From: Nitrosospira multiformis ATCC 25196
GTDB taxonomy: Bacteria; Pseudomonadota; Gammaproteobacteria; Burkholderiales; Nitrosomonadaceae
DNA: 32,000 bases
NCBI RefSeq assembly: GCF_000196355.1
Contig: NC_007614.1
Coordinates: 1,500,001-1,532,000, forward strand
Reading direction: 5' to 3'
Below are positions 8,000 through 17,889 of this stretch, one piece after another. Position 1 is the stretch's first letter, and every line of letters starts with the position of its first letter. The notes beneath the pieces are model-generated. The model saw only the letters and a list, made by a program, of their open reading frames with translations. It was not told the origin of the DNA and did no database searches. A program made the position numbers and the translations under genes.

Positions 8000-8531
8000 G
8001 TTTTTCCTGCGAGGGATTCAGCAGCCTCCCCAAGACGTTCCTATTTCAGGACCTCGGCGTCCACGGCCTGCCTATCATGTTTTCCGGGCAGGGGGAATCA
8101 ATGGTCCGATAGACTGGATTTCCATGCCTTGGCTGCTATCGTGCTGATTGCTTTATTTCGCTTCAAGAGCGCGTCATTCGGTCATTCTGGGATGCGGCTG
8201 GGTGGCATGATGCTGCTCTCGTAATTTCCGTAGTGATCGCGCAGCCTGTTTCTGAGCCTCGTTCACACCTTCGACACGCTCAGGCGAACGGGGGCCGAAG
8301 ATTCAGGATCAACGGGGGCGGCGAAGGGCTCAGGGGCAACGGAATGATGAGTCCGACAGACCTGCAAGGGTGAAAGGAATACCTGCATTTATCCCGACAC
8401 AGGAAATGCCGGAATTCCTTGTTCCAATCCGTCTGGTCCTGATACGGATTGGATGGCATTCTCAATAGAGGTAAGTATAGGGAGTATGAGGGGGGACTGC
8501 CATCTGTGTCCTGTTTTAAATCCTTACATCC

Positions 8532-9005
8532 TTAGATCTCGCCAAGCCGGCGTCCACCGGAAAAGATCTGCGGCTGACCGTTAGAACCATAAAGGCCATT
8601 ATGGAGGCCACGAGCAGCAGCCTGTAATGCAGAAAGTCTTTGCTGGTTATAGCGGAGGCGCTGGTTCACGAGAATACCGTTGATTTCGTTTATCCGGTGA
8701 GCGGTCTCAGTCAACTGGAGCAGCTCCTGCCAAGCCATAGCTGCAGTGGGATGATCTGCCAATCTGCGCTCCATATCACCCTGATCCTTGAGGGAGCCAG
8801 ACATTCCGAGCCACTGCTCGCGGGCCTCGGTAAGCCCGGCAAGCTGCTGGGCATGACTCGCTTTTTCCACGGCGAGCGGCAACAGCACAGACACATCCGC
8901 TTGTTGCAAGGCCCGCTGCTCCCTGCGCAGCACATCGATGAACGCCCGCACGGCATCGCGCTCGCTGGCAATACCGGCAATGGGATCGAAAACAGTATTA
9001 TTCAA
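8532..9005 (-). CDS. flgN: Flagellar export chaperone FlgN
   Basis: 157 aa, helical and Gln/Leu-rich. It starts 2 nt downstream of flgM in the classic flgA-flgM-flgN order. The N-terminal pattern (VLRREQRALQQADVSVLLPLAVEKA) resembles the FlgN family. Confidence 0.8.
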   Translation of the reverse strand: MNNTVFDPIAGIASERDAVRAFIDVLRREQRALQQADVSVLLPLAVEKASHAQQLAGLTEAREQWLGMSGSLKDQGDMERRLADHPTAAMAWQELLQLTETAHRINEINGILVNQRLRYNQQRLSALQAAARGLHNGLYGSNGQPQIFSGGRRLGEI

Positions 9006-9007
9006 GT

Positions 9008-9343
9008 TTATCCCTGCCTCCTGCGTATCAGATCACGGACAGTGTCAAGCAATCCGTCAGCCACTTTGTCCGCATTGACCGTGAAACGGCCTTCACTGAT
9101 GGCTTGCTTGATTTCTGCTACCCGATGGGTATCAAAAACCTCGCCCTTCGCCAAATTTTTTTCGATATTTTTCAGTTGGGCGCTCAACTGGATATCAGTG
9201 CTTATGCTATTCGCGCTACTCGTACTACTTGCACCCGAGGTGACAGCGCTTGCTACCGCGCGCTGGCCCGATTTACCAGGAGACGACTGGCCTTCGTGGA
9301 CCGGCTTGGCAGATTCTGTTTTGATTGAGTTCTCTATTTTCAA
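9008..9343 (-). CDS. flgM: Anti-sigma-28 factor FlgM
   Basis: 111 aa from the TTG at 9343-9341, preceded by GAGGAG with a 7-nt spacer. This gives the typical N-terminus (M)KIENSIKT and the C-terminal sigma-binding region HRVAEIKQAISEGRFTVNADKVADGLL. The ORF-track ATG at 9445 would add 34 atypical residues. Confidence 0.88.
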   Translation of the reverse strand: MKIENSIKTESAKPVHEGQSSPGKSGQRAVASAVTSGASSTSSANSISTDIQLSAQLKNIEKNLAKGEVFDTHRVAEIKQAISEGRFTVNADKVADGLLDTVRDLIRRRQG

Positions 9344-9494
9344 TTGCTGTCTCCTCAGTTTGACTGTAGACAGTTTAACGGAGAACCCGGGAGAAACTTG
9401 AGATTTATCAGGTCCAGTTACCGGTTCTTGCACGCAAGACGGCAACCCAGGAACGGCTGAGCAAAGGCATCTTTTGTTTCCTGCTTTCCTGCAA

Positions 9495-10253
9495 TCAATA
9501 AGTTACTTCAACGATGGCGCCTGCCCGGGCAATGCCGCTTACAACCGCGCCCGAAGCGCTTCGAACTGTTACCGGTTGGCCCTCTGTTGCATGGGTAAGC
9601 GCTTTGCCTTCCGCGCTCACACTGAACCCTCGTCCGCTGGAGACAAGCTTCACAGTCTGATTCTGTATTACGGCTGTCTGGGCGCGAAGCATATCCTGGC
9701 GTAACGGACTTCCGAAAGGGAGGTTTCCTCCCAAGGTTCTGCCGATTGCCTGATTCCAGTCGGTCACGATACCCGGCGGAAGCTGGGTGAGATCGCCTTT
9801 CCGGCTGGTCAGGTCTGAAGCGTCAATTACCTGCCCCTGTCTCAGGGGCCGGGTGCTTACCAGGTACTCAGCCACGACTTTTACGGTAGCGCGGACGTAA
9901 ATGGTCCAGGAGTGAGGCGCCGTACACCGCACCATGACAGTTGTATTTCCCCAGGGGCGTGTGCCCGGCGGCAAGGAGGGTTCAAGCGCCGTGCAAGCCG
10001 GCAGCGCCAGCCGCCCATCGATCGTCCCCGATGTGATTTCCACCTCGCCGGGAAGACCGATCGACTGCATCTGCAGAAAGCTCAAAACCGCCTGCTGGAC
10101 AGCATGCGGATCCTGCCTTGCAGCTGCCGGGGCAGAGGCTGCAGCGGAGACGGCCGAGGGGAGAATCAAGGGTAGGAGAATGAGCAGGTTCGGGCTACCG
10201 GCCCATAACCGGGATAGTAATCGAAGATGGATGGCAGGCATATGGACTCTCAA
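9495..10253 (-). CDS. flgA: Flagellar P-ring assembly chaperone FlgA
   Basis: 252 aa with an N-terminal signal peptide (LLILLPLILPSAVSAAAS). The C-terminus is SAF/FlgA-like (GQPVTVRSASGAVVSGIARAGAIVEV). The gene is divergent from flgB. Confidence 0.9.
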   Translation of the reverse strand: MRVHMPAIHLRLLSRLWAGSPNLLILLPLILPSAVSAAASAPAAARQDPHAVQQAVLSFLQMQSIGLPGEVEITSGTIDGRLALPACTALEPSLPPGTRPWGNTTVMVRCTAPHSWTIYVRATVKVVAEYLVSTRPLRQGQVIDASDLTSRKGDLTQLPPGIVTDWNQAIGRTLGGNLPFGSPLRQDMLRAQTAVIQNQTVKLVSSGRGFSVSAEGKALTHATEGQPVTVRSASGAVVSGIARAGAIVEVTY

Positions 10254-10395
10254 AAATGCTTACAGTGTGCGACTCCAAGGATTCTAGTACGCACAGATGT
10301 CGGGTAGCGGGGGAAATGAGAGGTGTTTTTTCCGCTATTCGGGGCATTATCCGGAGCAGGCATCCATACGATACCACTATGCGATTGCCTGCTTC

Positions 10396-11246
10396 CTTAG
10401 GCTCAGGACTCATTAATTGAGATAGAAGATGACAGTTGCGGCGATACAGATGGCAGAGAAGAAGGTATGGGCACAGCGGTCGTAACGCATGGCGATCCTG
10501 CGCCAGTCCTTGAGCCGAGCGAACATGTTCTCGATCCTGTGCCTTTGCCTGTAGAGGGTCTTGTCGTATTTGATCTGGATTTTGCGATTCCTTTTTGTCG
10601 GTATGCAGGGCGTCATGCCTTTGGCACGCAACGCTGCCCGGAACCAGGCAGCGTCATAGCCGCGGTCTGCAATCAGGGTTTTGGCTTTGGGCAATGACGG
10701 CAGCAGCACACGTGCTCCCTTGTAATCGCTCATCTGCCCTTCGGACAGGAGCATGGCCACAGGCTTGCCCTGACCGTCGCAGACCACATGAAGCTTCGAG
10801 TTCAGGCCGCCCTTTGTGCGACCGATACGGCGGGGAACATCCCCTTTTTTAGCAGGCTGGCTGCCGTGCGGTGGGCCTTCAGATGCGTGGCGTCGATCAT
10901 CAGCCTCTCGGGCGTTTCCTCTTTACCGGTCAGTTCCACAAAGATGCGGTTGAACACGCCCAGTCGGCTCCAGCGCACGAAACGGTTATACAGTGTCTTG
11001 TGCGGCCCGTATTCCCTGGGGGCATCCTTCCATTGCAGGCCATTCCGAATGACGTAGATGATCCCGCTGATCACCCGCAGATCATCAACACGGGGAACTC
11101 CGTGGGACAAGGGAAAATAAGGTTTTATACGGTTGAACTGTGTTTCCGACAGGTAAAACAAATCTCTCATGGCAGCACCTCCGCCATAAGTGAATCACAT
11201 TTGATCCTATTCGTGAATCATGAAATTAATAGGTCCTGAACCTAAG
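10396..11246 (-). mobile_element. IS5-family insertion sequence (IS427/IS1031-like), about 841 bp, apparently intact
   Basis: The terminal inverted repeats are 10401 GGCTCAGGACTCATTA and the reverse complement of 11241 GGTTCAGGACCTATTA (13/16 match). They are flanked by CTTA...TAAG, consistent with a TA duplication or insertion into CTTAAG. Inside are two overlapping transposase ORFs. The exact ends are uncertain by a few bp. Confidence 0.85.
10413..11170 (-). CDS. IS5-family DDE transposase, OrfA-OrfB fusion via programmed -1 frameshift
   Basis: OrfA is 11170-10802 and OrfB ends at 10413. The slippery heptamer A AAA AAG is the reverse complement of 10844-10850. A -1 shift there reads ...LLKKGDVPRRIGRTKGGLNSKLHVVCDGQGKP, joining the frames. 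DDE-region motifs are ADRGYD and RHRIENMFARLKDWRRIAMRYDR. Confidence 0.88.
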
Positions 11247-11467
11247 TGATTGTTGCTGTAATGGACCCGTAGGTAATTGGAGGGATGGGAGATCGGAAGC
11301 TGCAATGGCTGCGGAATCTGATTTCAAAGTCGAGATAAGGGGATTTAGGAGATTTGGGGGATTTATCCCCTTTTGATCCGGCTTTTGGATAATTCCCATC
11401 CCTAATAAGATGCTTTCGTTTATCCATATCAGCACGCATTTGAAATTGATAGAAGGGGGAAATTTCC

Positions 11468-11872
11468 GTGATCGATAAACTTGATCATGCATTTCGATTT
11501 TATGAGGATGCGGCCAACCTTCGGGCGCACAGGCAGCAATTGATCGCTTCAAACATTGCTAATGCGGATACGCCCCAATACAAGGCGCGCGACATCAATT
11601 TCAAGGACGCGATGGAAAGCGCGTTGACCGGGAAGCGAGGCGTCATTCTTGTGACAAGCGCGCCGAATCATATTGCTTCTCCAACAGGAGCAGGGGTGGC
11701 AGCGGGGCAGCAATTGCTGTACAGGACCGCGGTACAAGGCAGTGTGGACGGGAATACGGTCGATATGGATGTGGAACGCAACCAGTTTGCCGATAACGCC
11801 GTTCATTATGAGGCCAATCTCACATTCATCAGTGACCAGATCAGGCAGATGCGAACTGCCATTCAGGGCTAG
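11468..11872 (+). CDS. flgB: Flagellar proximal rod protein FlgB
   Basis: 134 aa with a GTG start preceded by AGGGGGA. It has the rod-family N-terminal motif ([17 protein letters not shown]) and is the first gene of the flgB-L run. Confidence 0.93.
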   Translation: MIDKLDHAFRFYEDAANLRAHRQQLIASNIANADTPQYKARDINFKDAMESALTGKRGVILVTSAPNHIASPTGAGVAAGQQLLYRTAVQGSVDGNTVDMDVERNQFADNAVHYEANLTFISDQIRQMRTAIQG

Positions 11873-11885
11873 GGGAAGTCGGAAT

Positions 11886-12305
11886 ATGTCTCTTTTCAAT
11901 ATCTTTACCGTGGCCGGCTCGGCCATGACAGCCCAGAATCAGCGCCTCAATGTGGTTGCAAGCAACCTGGCAAACGCGGACAGCGCGGCGAGTTCCAATG
12001 GACAGCCATACAAGGCAAAGCAGGTCGTGTTCATGAGCACTTCGCCTCTAGGGGATAACGGCATCTCAAATGGTACCCACGGCGTGAGGGTCTCGGGGGT
12101 AATCGAGGACCAATCTCCCATGAAGATGGTATACGAACCTTCGCATCCAATGGCGAATCCTGAGGGATTTGTCACCATGCCGAATGTAAATGTAGTGGAA
12201 GAGATGGTCGATATGATTTCTGCTTCGCGCTCGTACCAGAACAATGTGGACATGATGAATACCGCGAAGACGTTACTGCTGAAAACCCTCACGATCGGAC
12301 AATAG
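11886..12305 (+). CDS. flgC: Flagellar proximal rod protein FlgC
   Basis: 139 aa from the ATG at 11886 ([31 protein letters not shown]). The C-terminus reads [21 protein letters not shown]. The ORF-track start at 11673 overlaps flgB. Confidence 0.95.
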   Translation: MSLFNIFTVAGSAMTAQNQRLNVVASNLANADSAASSNGQPYKAKQVVFMSTSPLGDNGISNGTHGVRVSGVIEDQSPMKMVYEPSHPMANPEGFVTMPNVNVVEEMVDMISASRSYQNNVDMMNTAKTLLLKTLTIGQ

Positions 12306-12314
12306 GAAATCCCC

Positions 12315-12983
12315 ATGAGTACTATCCAGAATACACAGCCGACAAGTAATCCATTTGCCGCTTATGGAACCAGAAGTACTGCCAAACCGGCAGAAGAAGA
12401 CTTGCAGGACCGGTTTCTCAAGCTGCTGGTTACCCAAATGAAAAACCAGGATCCGCTCAATCCTCTCGACAACGCGCAAGTCACCACACAGCTTGCTCAA
12501 ATCAGTACCGTGAACGGTGTCGAGAGACTTAATGCGACCATTCGAACCATTGCCGACAGTTTTACTGCCGGGCAATCACTGCAAGCCGCCGGCATGATCG
12601 GAAGAGAGGTCCTTGTGCCTGGCTCCGCCTTGCAGTTGGCCAATGGAGCGGCACGCTTCGGGATCGAACTGACGCAACCCGCGGATGAGGTAAAGGTAAG
12701 AATACATGACGCGGCCGGCCGCGAGATTCAAGTCATGAATCTGGGTCCTCAGGCGGCGGGTTCCCTCGAATTGGCGTGGGATGGCAAGACGAGTGATGGC
12801 AGCCAGGCAGCGAACGGGAACTACAGCATAAGCGTTGCCGCGCTGCGTGGCGATCAGAAGGTGGAAGTACAGGCATTGGCGGCGGCAATCGTTCAAGGCG
12901 TATCCCAGGGAAATCAAGGCGTGCAACTGGACGTCGGCAGGCTGGGGATGGTGGGATTGGCCGATATCAGGCAGATTTTTTAG
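12315..12983 (+). CDS. flgD: Flagellar hook capping/assembly protein FlgD
   Basis: 222 aa. The N-terminal FlgD motif reads FLKLLVTQMKNQDPLNPLDN, and the C-terminal half is an Ig/FLgD_ig-like beta region. Confidence 0.94.
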   Translation: MSTIQNTQPTSNPFAAYGTRSTAKPAEEDLQDRFLKLLVTQMKNQDPLNPLDNAQVTTQLAQISTVNGVERLNATIRTIADSFTAGQSLQAAGMIGREVLVPGSALQLANGAARFGIELTQPADEVKVRIHDAAGREIQVMNLGPQAAGSLELAWDGKTSDGSQAANGNYSISVAALRGDQKVEVQALAAAIVQGVSQGNQGVQLDVGRLGMVGLADIRQIF

Positions 12984-13086
12984 GCTGAGGTAGGGAAGGG
13001 CCTGCGGCCGAAAGCGGTCCAGCTACAGGACATTTGGCATTTATCACGGTATTCAGTACGAACGAACAGGCAGGGGAGCGAAAGAT

Positions 13087-14307
13087 ATGAGTTTTCAGCA
13101 GGGTTTAAGTGGTTTGAATGCAGCATCGAAAAACCTCGATGTCATCGGTAATAATGTGGCCAATACGAATACTGTAGGCTTCAAGCAATCACAGGCACAG
13201 TTTGCGGATATGTTCGCCAATTCGCTGTCGGGCGGTGGTGGCACGCAGGCCGGCATAGGTGTCAAGCTGGCCGGGATTGCTCAGCAGTTCAGCCAGGGAA
13301 GTATTACCGTATCCAACAATCCATTCGACATCGCCATCAGCGGTGCAGGTTTCTACCGTTTAAGCGATCAGGGCACGATTAGCTATTCGCGCAATGGCCA
13401 GTTTCATCCGGACAAGGATGGTTATATCGTCAACAGCAGTGGCCTCCGGCTTACCGGCTATATGGCCAACTCGACCGGACAGATCAATACCGGCACGCCT
13501 ACCGATTTAAGGCTTTCCACTGCCGACCTGCCACCTGTCACCACGACGCGGGTGAACGCATTGGTCAATCTCGATTCGCGGGGGGCGCCGTTGAGTGCGG
13601 CCGCCTTCGATCTGATGGATCCGGCGACTTATCACAGCTCAACCTCGCTTTCGGTCTATGACAGCCTGGGTAATTCGACTCCGTTGTCGACATATTTCGT
13701 CAAGACGGCAGCCAATAGCTGGGATGTATTCGCTGCCAACAATGGCTCCCTCCTCAATGGCGGGCTGTCGATTGGCACATTGAATTTCCTGTCCAACGGT
13801 AGCCTCGACCCCTTGAGCTCCAGCAGCTTCAATGTGACGGCTCCCGTCACTACCGGGGCCAGTCCCCTCGCTTTCGATATCGATTTCGCAAACACGACCC
13901 AGTTTGGTTCCAATTTCGGTATCAATGCGTTATCGCAGGACGGGTACGCATCCGGGCAGCTCACCGGTTTTTCCATCGGCGAGGATGGGATCGTAAGCGG
14001 CAGCTATTCCAACGGTAAATTTCTCTCAATGGGGCAGATCGCGCTGGCCAATTTCGCCAATCCCCAAGGTTTGCAAGCAGTCGGCAATAATACCTGGAAA
14101 GAAAGCGCCGCTTCAGGCGCTGCCCTCGTAGCGGCGCCCGCCACCGGGGGCCTGGGTGTGCTACAGGCGGGCGCGGTTGAGGATTCAAACGTGGAGCTTA
14201 CCTCGGAGCTCGTCAATATGATTACGGCCCAGCGTGTTTACCAAGCCAATGCCCAGACGATCAAGACTCAGGATCAGATACTTCAGACAGTGGTGAACCT
14301 GAAGTAA
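13087..14307 (+). CDS. flgE: Flagellar hook protein FlgE
   Basis: 406 aa. The N-terminus is MSFQQGLSGLNAASKNLDVIGNNVANTNTVGFK and the C-terminus is SNVELTSELVNMITAQRVYQANAQTIKTQDQIL. Confidence 0.96.
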   Translation: MSFQQGLSGLNAASKNLDVIGNNVANTNTVGFKQSQAQFADMFANSLSGGGGTQAGIGVKLAGIAQQFSQGSITVSNNPFDIAISGAGFYRLSDQGTISYSRNGQFHPDKDGYIVNSSGLRLTGYMANSTGQINTGTPTDLRLSTADLPPVTTTRVNALVNLDSRGAPLSAAAFDLMDPATYHSSTSLSVYDSLGNSTPLSTYFVKTAANSWDVFAANNGSLLNGGLSIGTLNFLSNGSLDPLSSSSFNVTAPVTTGASPLAFDIDFANTTQFGSNFGINALSQDGYASGQLTGFSIGEDGIVSGSYSNGKFLSMGQIALANFANPQGLQAVGNNTWKESAASGAALVAAPATGGLGVLQAGAVEDSNVELTSELVNMITAQRVYQANAQTIKTQDQILQTVVNLK

Positions 14308-14337
14308 TCCGAGTGGCAGGCAATCATTGGAGTAAAT

Positions 14338-15090
14338 ATGGATCGCATGATTTATGTTGCCATGACGGGGGCCAAGCACGCGCTGGGACAGCATGCTGCG
14401 GTATCTCACAATCTGGCGAACGCGAACACTCCGGGATACCGGGCCGAAATAAATGCGCTGCGCGCTGTACCGGTGTTCAGCGATACCCTCGCTACAAGGG
14501 CATTTGTGGTGGATTCAAGTGTCGGGGCGGATTTCCGTCCGGGCACAGTGCAGAACACTGCACGTGAACTTGACGTAGCAATACAGGGAGCCGGGTGGAT
14601 CGCGGTACAACTGGCGGATGGTAGCGAGGCTTATACTCGCAACGGCGATCTTCATGTCAGTGCCAATGGGGTATTGCAGACCCGCGACGGGTTGAACGTG
14701 CTGGGCGATACCGGGCTGATTTCCATCCAGCCGAATGCGAAAGTGACCATAGGTACCGACGGCACAATTTCGACAGTACCGGCCGGAGCAGGGACGAGCG
14801 AACCCAATCTGGCTGTCGCAGTGGGCCGGATCAAGCTGGTTAATCCGCCTGAAGCGCAGCTTGTTCGCGGTTCCGACGGGCTCTTCCGGCTCAGCGGCGG
14901 TGGCGAGGCGGAGGCGGATGGAAACGTTACCTTGAGCAGCGGTGCACTGGAGGGAAGCAACGTCAATGTCGTGGAGGCGATGGTGGACATGATTTCCCTT
15001 TCCCGCCAGTTCGAGACGCATATGAAGCTGTTGCAGAATGCGGAAGGCAATGCCCAACGGGCGAGCCAGCTCCTGTCGATCAGCGGGTGA
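14338..15090 (+). CDS. flgF: Flagellar proximal rod protein FlgF
   Basis: 250 aa. The N-terminus is MDRMIYVAMTGAKH...NLANANTPGYRA and the C-terminus is SNVNVVEAMVDMISLSRQFE. Confidence 0.94.
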   Translation: MDRMIYVAMTGAKHALGQHAAVSHNLANANTPGYRAEINALRAVPVFSDTLATRAFVVDSSVGADFRPGTVQNTARELDVAIQGAGWIAVQLADGSEAYTRNGDLHVSANGVLQTRDGLNVLGDTGLISIQPNAKVTIGTDGTISTVPAGAGTSEPNLAVAVGRIKLVNPPEAQLVRGSDGLFRLSGGGEAEADGNVTLSSGALEGSNVNVVEAMVDMISLSRQFETHMKLLQNAEGNAQRASQLLSISG

Positions 15091-15184
15091 GGTGGGGACA
15101 CAGTCCTGTACGTTTCCGTATTGATACGTCACCTGATGAGTAATTGCAGCCAGATAATAGAAAATAATTTTTCATGGAGTTGAT

Positions 15185-15967
15185 GTGATTCGATCACTTT
15201 GGATTTCCAAGACCGGGCTTGATGCGCAGCAGACGCAGATGGATGTCATCGCCAATAACCTGGCGAATGTCAGCACGAATGGCTTCAAGCGCTCGCGCGC
15301 CGTTTTTGAAGACCTGCTGTATCAGACGCTCCGCCAGCCGGGCGCACAATCCTCACAGCAAACCCAACTGCCTTCCGGCCTGCAGCTCGGGACCGGCGTC
15401 AGGCCTGTTGCCACCGAGCATATATTTACCCAGGGCAATTTGCAGCAGACCGGCAATTCCAAGGACGTCGCTATCCAGGGACAGGGATTTTTTCAGGTGC
15501 TGCGACCCGACGGGTCGACAGCCTATACCCGAGACGGTTCGTTTCAGACCGATTTCGAGGGGCAACTGGTAACGTCCAGCGGCTATCACGTCCAACCTGC
15601 GATCACCATTCCGCCGAATGCCCAGAGCATTACCGTGGGCCGCGACGGAATCGTTTCCGTAACCACGCAGGATTCCACCACGCCCGTTCAGGTCGGCAAT
15701 CTGCAACTTGCCACATTTATCAATCCTGCCGGCTTGCAGAGCGTGGGGGAAAATCTTTATGTGGAAACAGCATCGAGTGGCACTCCTAACGTTACCAATC
15801 CAGGTACGGATGGGGCCGGGTTACTCAACCAGGGATATGTGGAAACCTCCAATGTCAACGTGGTGGAGGAACTGGTCAATATGATCCAGACGCAGCGGGC
15901 ATACGAGATCAATAGCAAGTCGGTGCAAACGTCGGACCAGATGTTGCAACGCCTGACCCAGCTATAG
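15185..15967 (+). CDS. flgG: Flagellar distal rod protein FlgG
   Basis: 260 aa with a GTG start. The N-terminus is [35 protein letters not shown] and the C-terminus is [24 protein letters not shown]. Confidence 0.96.
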   Translation: MIRSLWISKTGLDAQQTQMDVIANNLANVSTNGFKRSRAVFEDLLYQTLRQPGAQSSQQTQLPSGLQLGTGVRPVATEHIFTQGNLQQTGNSKDVAIQGQGFFQVLRPDGSTAYTRDGSFQTDFEGQLVTSSGYHVQPAITIPPNAQSITVGRDGIVSVTTQDSTTPVQVGNLQLATFINPAGLQSVGENLYVETASSGTPNVTNPGTDGAGLLNQGYVETSNVNVVEELVNMIQTQRAYEINSKSVQTSDQMLQRLTQL

Positions 15968-16044
15968 ATCGGCAGCAACCGGATCGAACATCAAATGCCT
16001 GCGGCTGAAGCGGCGATGACAATCAAGAATCATGGCGGCACAAA

Positions 16045-16737
16045 ATGGTTTTGAGTTTCTCGGCGAAGCGACGCGCGCGCGTTCTCGGTTTCATGACAGG
16101 GGTGCCGCTCGCGCTCTCCGGTTGCGTCAGCCTCCCGCCGCCTGCGCCCATCGTTCACCAACCCATGTCCGCGCGCGCGGCGCTGCCTGCACCGCCGCCT
16201 GGCAACGGAGCGGTTTATCAGGATGCTAATCAATACCACAGCTTGTTCATCGACCGGCGAGCGCGCCAGATCGGCGACACGCTGGTTATTCTCCTCACCG
16301 AGCGGACCAATGCAAGCAAGCGCTCCAACAGCAGCGCCAACAAGAATGGCGACGTGAGCTTCGGCATTCCGCCAATCGTGTTTGGCGTGCCTATCACAAA
16401 AAAAATCGATCTCGGGGCATCCTCGTCCAATGATTTCGCAGGCAAGGGCGAGGCGGCTTCCGCCAATAATTTTAGCGGCACGATCACCGTTACCGTGGTC
16501 GATGTGCTACCCAACAGTTATCTGGTAGTAAGTGGCGAAAAGCAGCTGGCGATGACCCAGGGTTCGGAATACATCCGTTTCTCCGGCGTTGTGCGCCCGG
16601 AAACGGTGATCAGCAACACCGTATCATCGATCCAGGTGGCGGATGCGCGAATCGAGTATAAGGCGAACGGCTATATCGACGAGGCGCAAACCATGGGCTG
16701 GCTTTCACGCTTCTTTCTGACCGTTGCGCCATTCTGA
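16045..16737 (+). CDS. flgH: Flagellar L-ring lipoprotein FlgH
   Basis: 230 aa. The lipobox is LALSGC, and the FlgH core reads DRRARQIGDTLVILLTE...YLVVSGEKQL...IRFSGVVRPE. Confidence 0.94.
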   Translation: MVLSFSAKRRARVLGFMTGVPLALSGCVSLPPPAPIVHQPMSARAALPAPPPGNGAVYQDANQYHSLFIDRRARQIGDTLVILLTERTNASKRSNSSANKNGDVSFGIPPIVFGVPITKKIDLGASSSNDFAGKGEAASANNFSGTITVTVVDVLPNSYLVVSGEKQLAMTQGSEYIRFSGVVRPETVISNTVSSIQVADARIEYKANGYIDEAQTMGWLSRFFLTVAPF

Positions 16738-16755
16738 AGCGCATGAGGTGAATCC

Positions 16756-17889
16756 ATGAGATATCCGGTTTCAACAGGAATTGCTGCCCCGGCCTGGTTC
16801 GCTTTCTTCTGTGCATGGGCGGGTTTATGGACCTTTTCCCTGCCTGTTCAGGCAGAGCGCATCAAGGATCTCGCATCGATTCAGGGCATACGCCCCAACC
16901 AGCTCATCGGCTACGGGCTGGTGGTGGGACTGGATGGGACAGGCGATCAGACCGTTCAGACACCATTTACCATTCAAAGTCTTAATAACATGCTGATGCA
17001 GCTGGGCATCAATGTGCCGCCCGGGACGAACATGCGGTTGCGGAATGTGGCGGCCGTAATGGTGACAGCTGCGCTTCCACCGCTTGCACAGCCGGGCCAG
17101 GCGATCGACGTCACGGTATCCAGCATGGGTAACGCCAGGAGCTTGCGCGGAGGGACTCTGCTGATGACTCCACTCAAGGGAATCGACGGTCAGGTCTACG
17201 GGGTGGCTCAGGGCAACCTGCTGGTGGGTGGAATAGGCGCCGCCGCCAGCGGAAGCAAAGTCCAGGTCAATCATCTAAATGCCGGCCGTATTCCCGGTGG
17301 AGCGACAGTCGAACGGGCGGTACCGGTAGCACTGGGGCAGAATGACATGATTCGCCTTGAGCTGAATACCATCGATTTCTCCACAGCGAAACGGATCGTG
17401 GATGCGGTCAACACACGCTTCGGCATGGGCACGGCCGCTGCGCTGGATGGCCGGGCGATCCAGGTACGGACACCCCCGGAAAGCGATCAAAGGGTGGCGT
17501 TTCTGGCGGAGATGGAAAGCCTTGCCATCAATCCTGCACAAATGCCGGCTCGAGTGATCGTGAATAGCCGCACGGGTTCAGTGGTCATGAATCAGGCGGC
17601 AACGGTGGATCAATGCGCGATTGCTCACGGGAACCTGACAGTCGTTATCAGTACGGAACCCGTGATCAGCCAGCCTGGACCCTTTTCATCGGGGCGGACC
17701 GTGCAGGCGCAGCGCTCGACCATAGAAATCAAGCAGGAGTCGGGTATGTTGACGATGGTTGAAGGCGCTTCGCTGGCGGAAGTGGTAAAGGCATTGAACG
17801 CAATCGGCGCGACGCCGCAGGATCTACTGGCAATTTTACAGGCGATGAAGTCCGCCGGTGCGCTGCGGGCTGAGCTGGAAATCATCTGA
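16756..17889 (+). CDS. flgI: Flagellar P-ring protein FlgI
   Basis: 377 aa with a signal peptide. The mature N-terminus is [31 protein letters not shown] and the C-terminus is [21 protein letters not shown]. Confidence 0.96.
   Translation: MRYPVSTGIAAPAWFAFFCAWAGLWTFSLPVQAERIKDLASIQGIRPNQLIGYGLVVGLDGTGDQTVQTPFTIQSLNNMLMQLGINVPPGTNMRLRNVAAVMVTAALPPLAQPGQAIDVTVSSMGNARSLRGGTLLMTPLKGIDGQVYGVAQGNLLVGGIGAAASGSKVQVNHLNAGRIPGGATVERAVPVALGQNDMIRLELNTIDFSTAKRIVDAVNTRFGMGTAAALDGRAIQVRTPPESDQRVAFLAEMESLAINPAQMPARVIVNSRTGSVVMNQAATVDQCAIAHGNLTVVISTEPVISQPGPFSSGRTVQAQRSTIEIKQESGMLTMVEGASLAEVVKALNAIGATPQDLLAILQAMKSAGALRAELEII

Noticed and set aside
8280-8465. A 61-aa minus-strand ORF in the motB-flgN spacer.
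   Set aside because: It has no RBS, a Pro/Cys-rich implausible sequence, and no family resemblance.
9344-9494. An attempted sigma-28 promoter call for flgM (CCTGATAA, with GCAA 15 nt upstream on the minus strand).
   Set aside because: The -35 matches at only 2/4, and the -10 needs an extra base or two mismatches. This is too weak to report as a feature.
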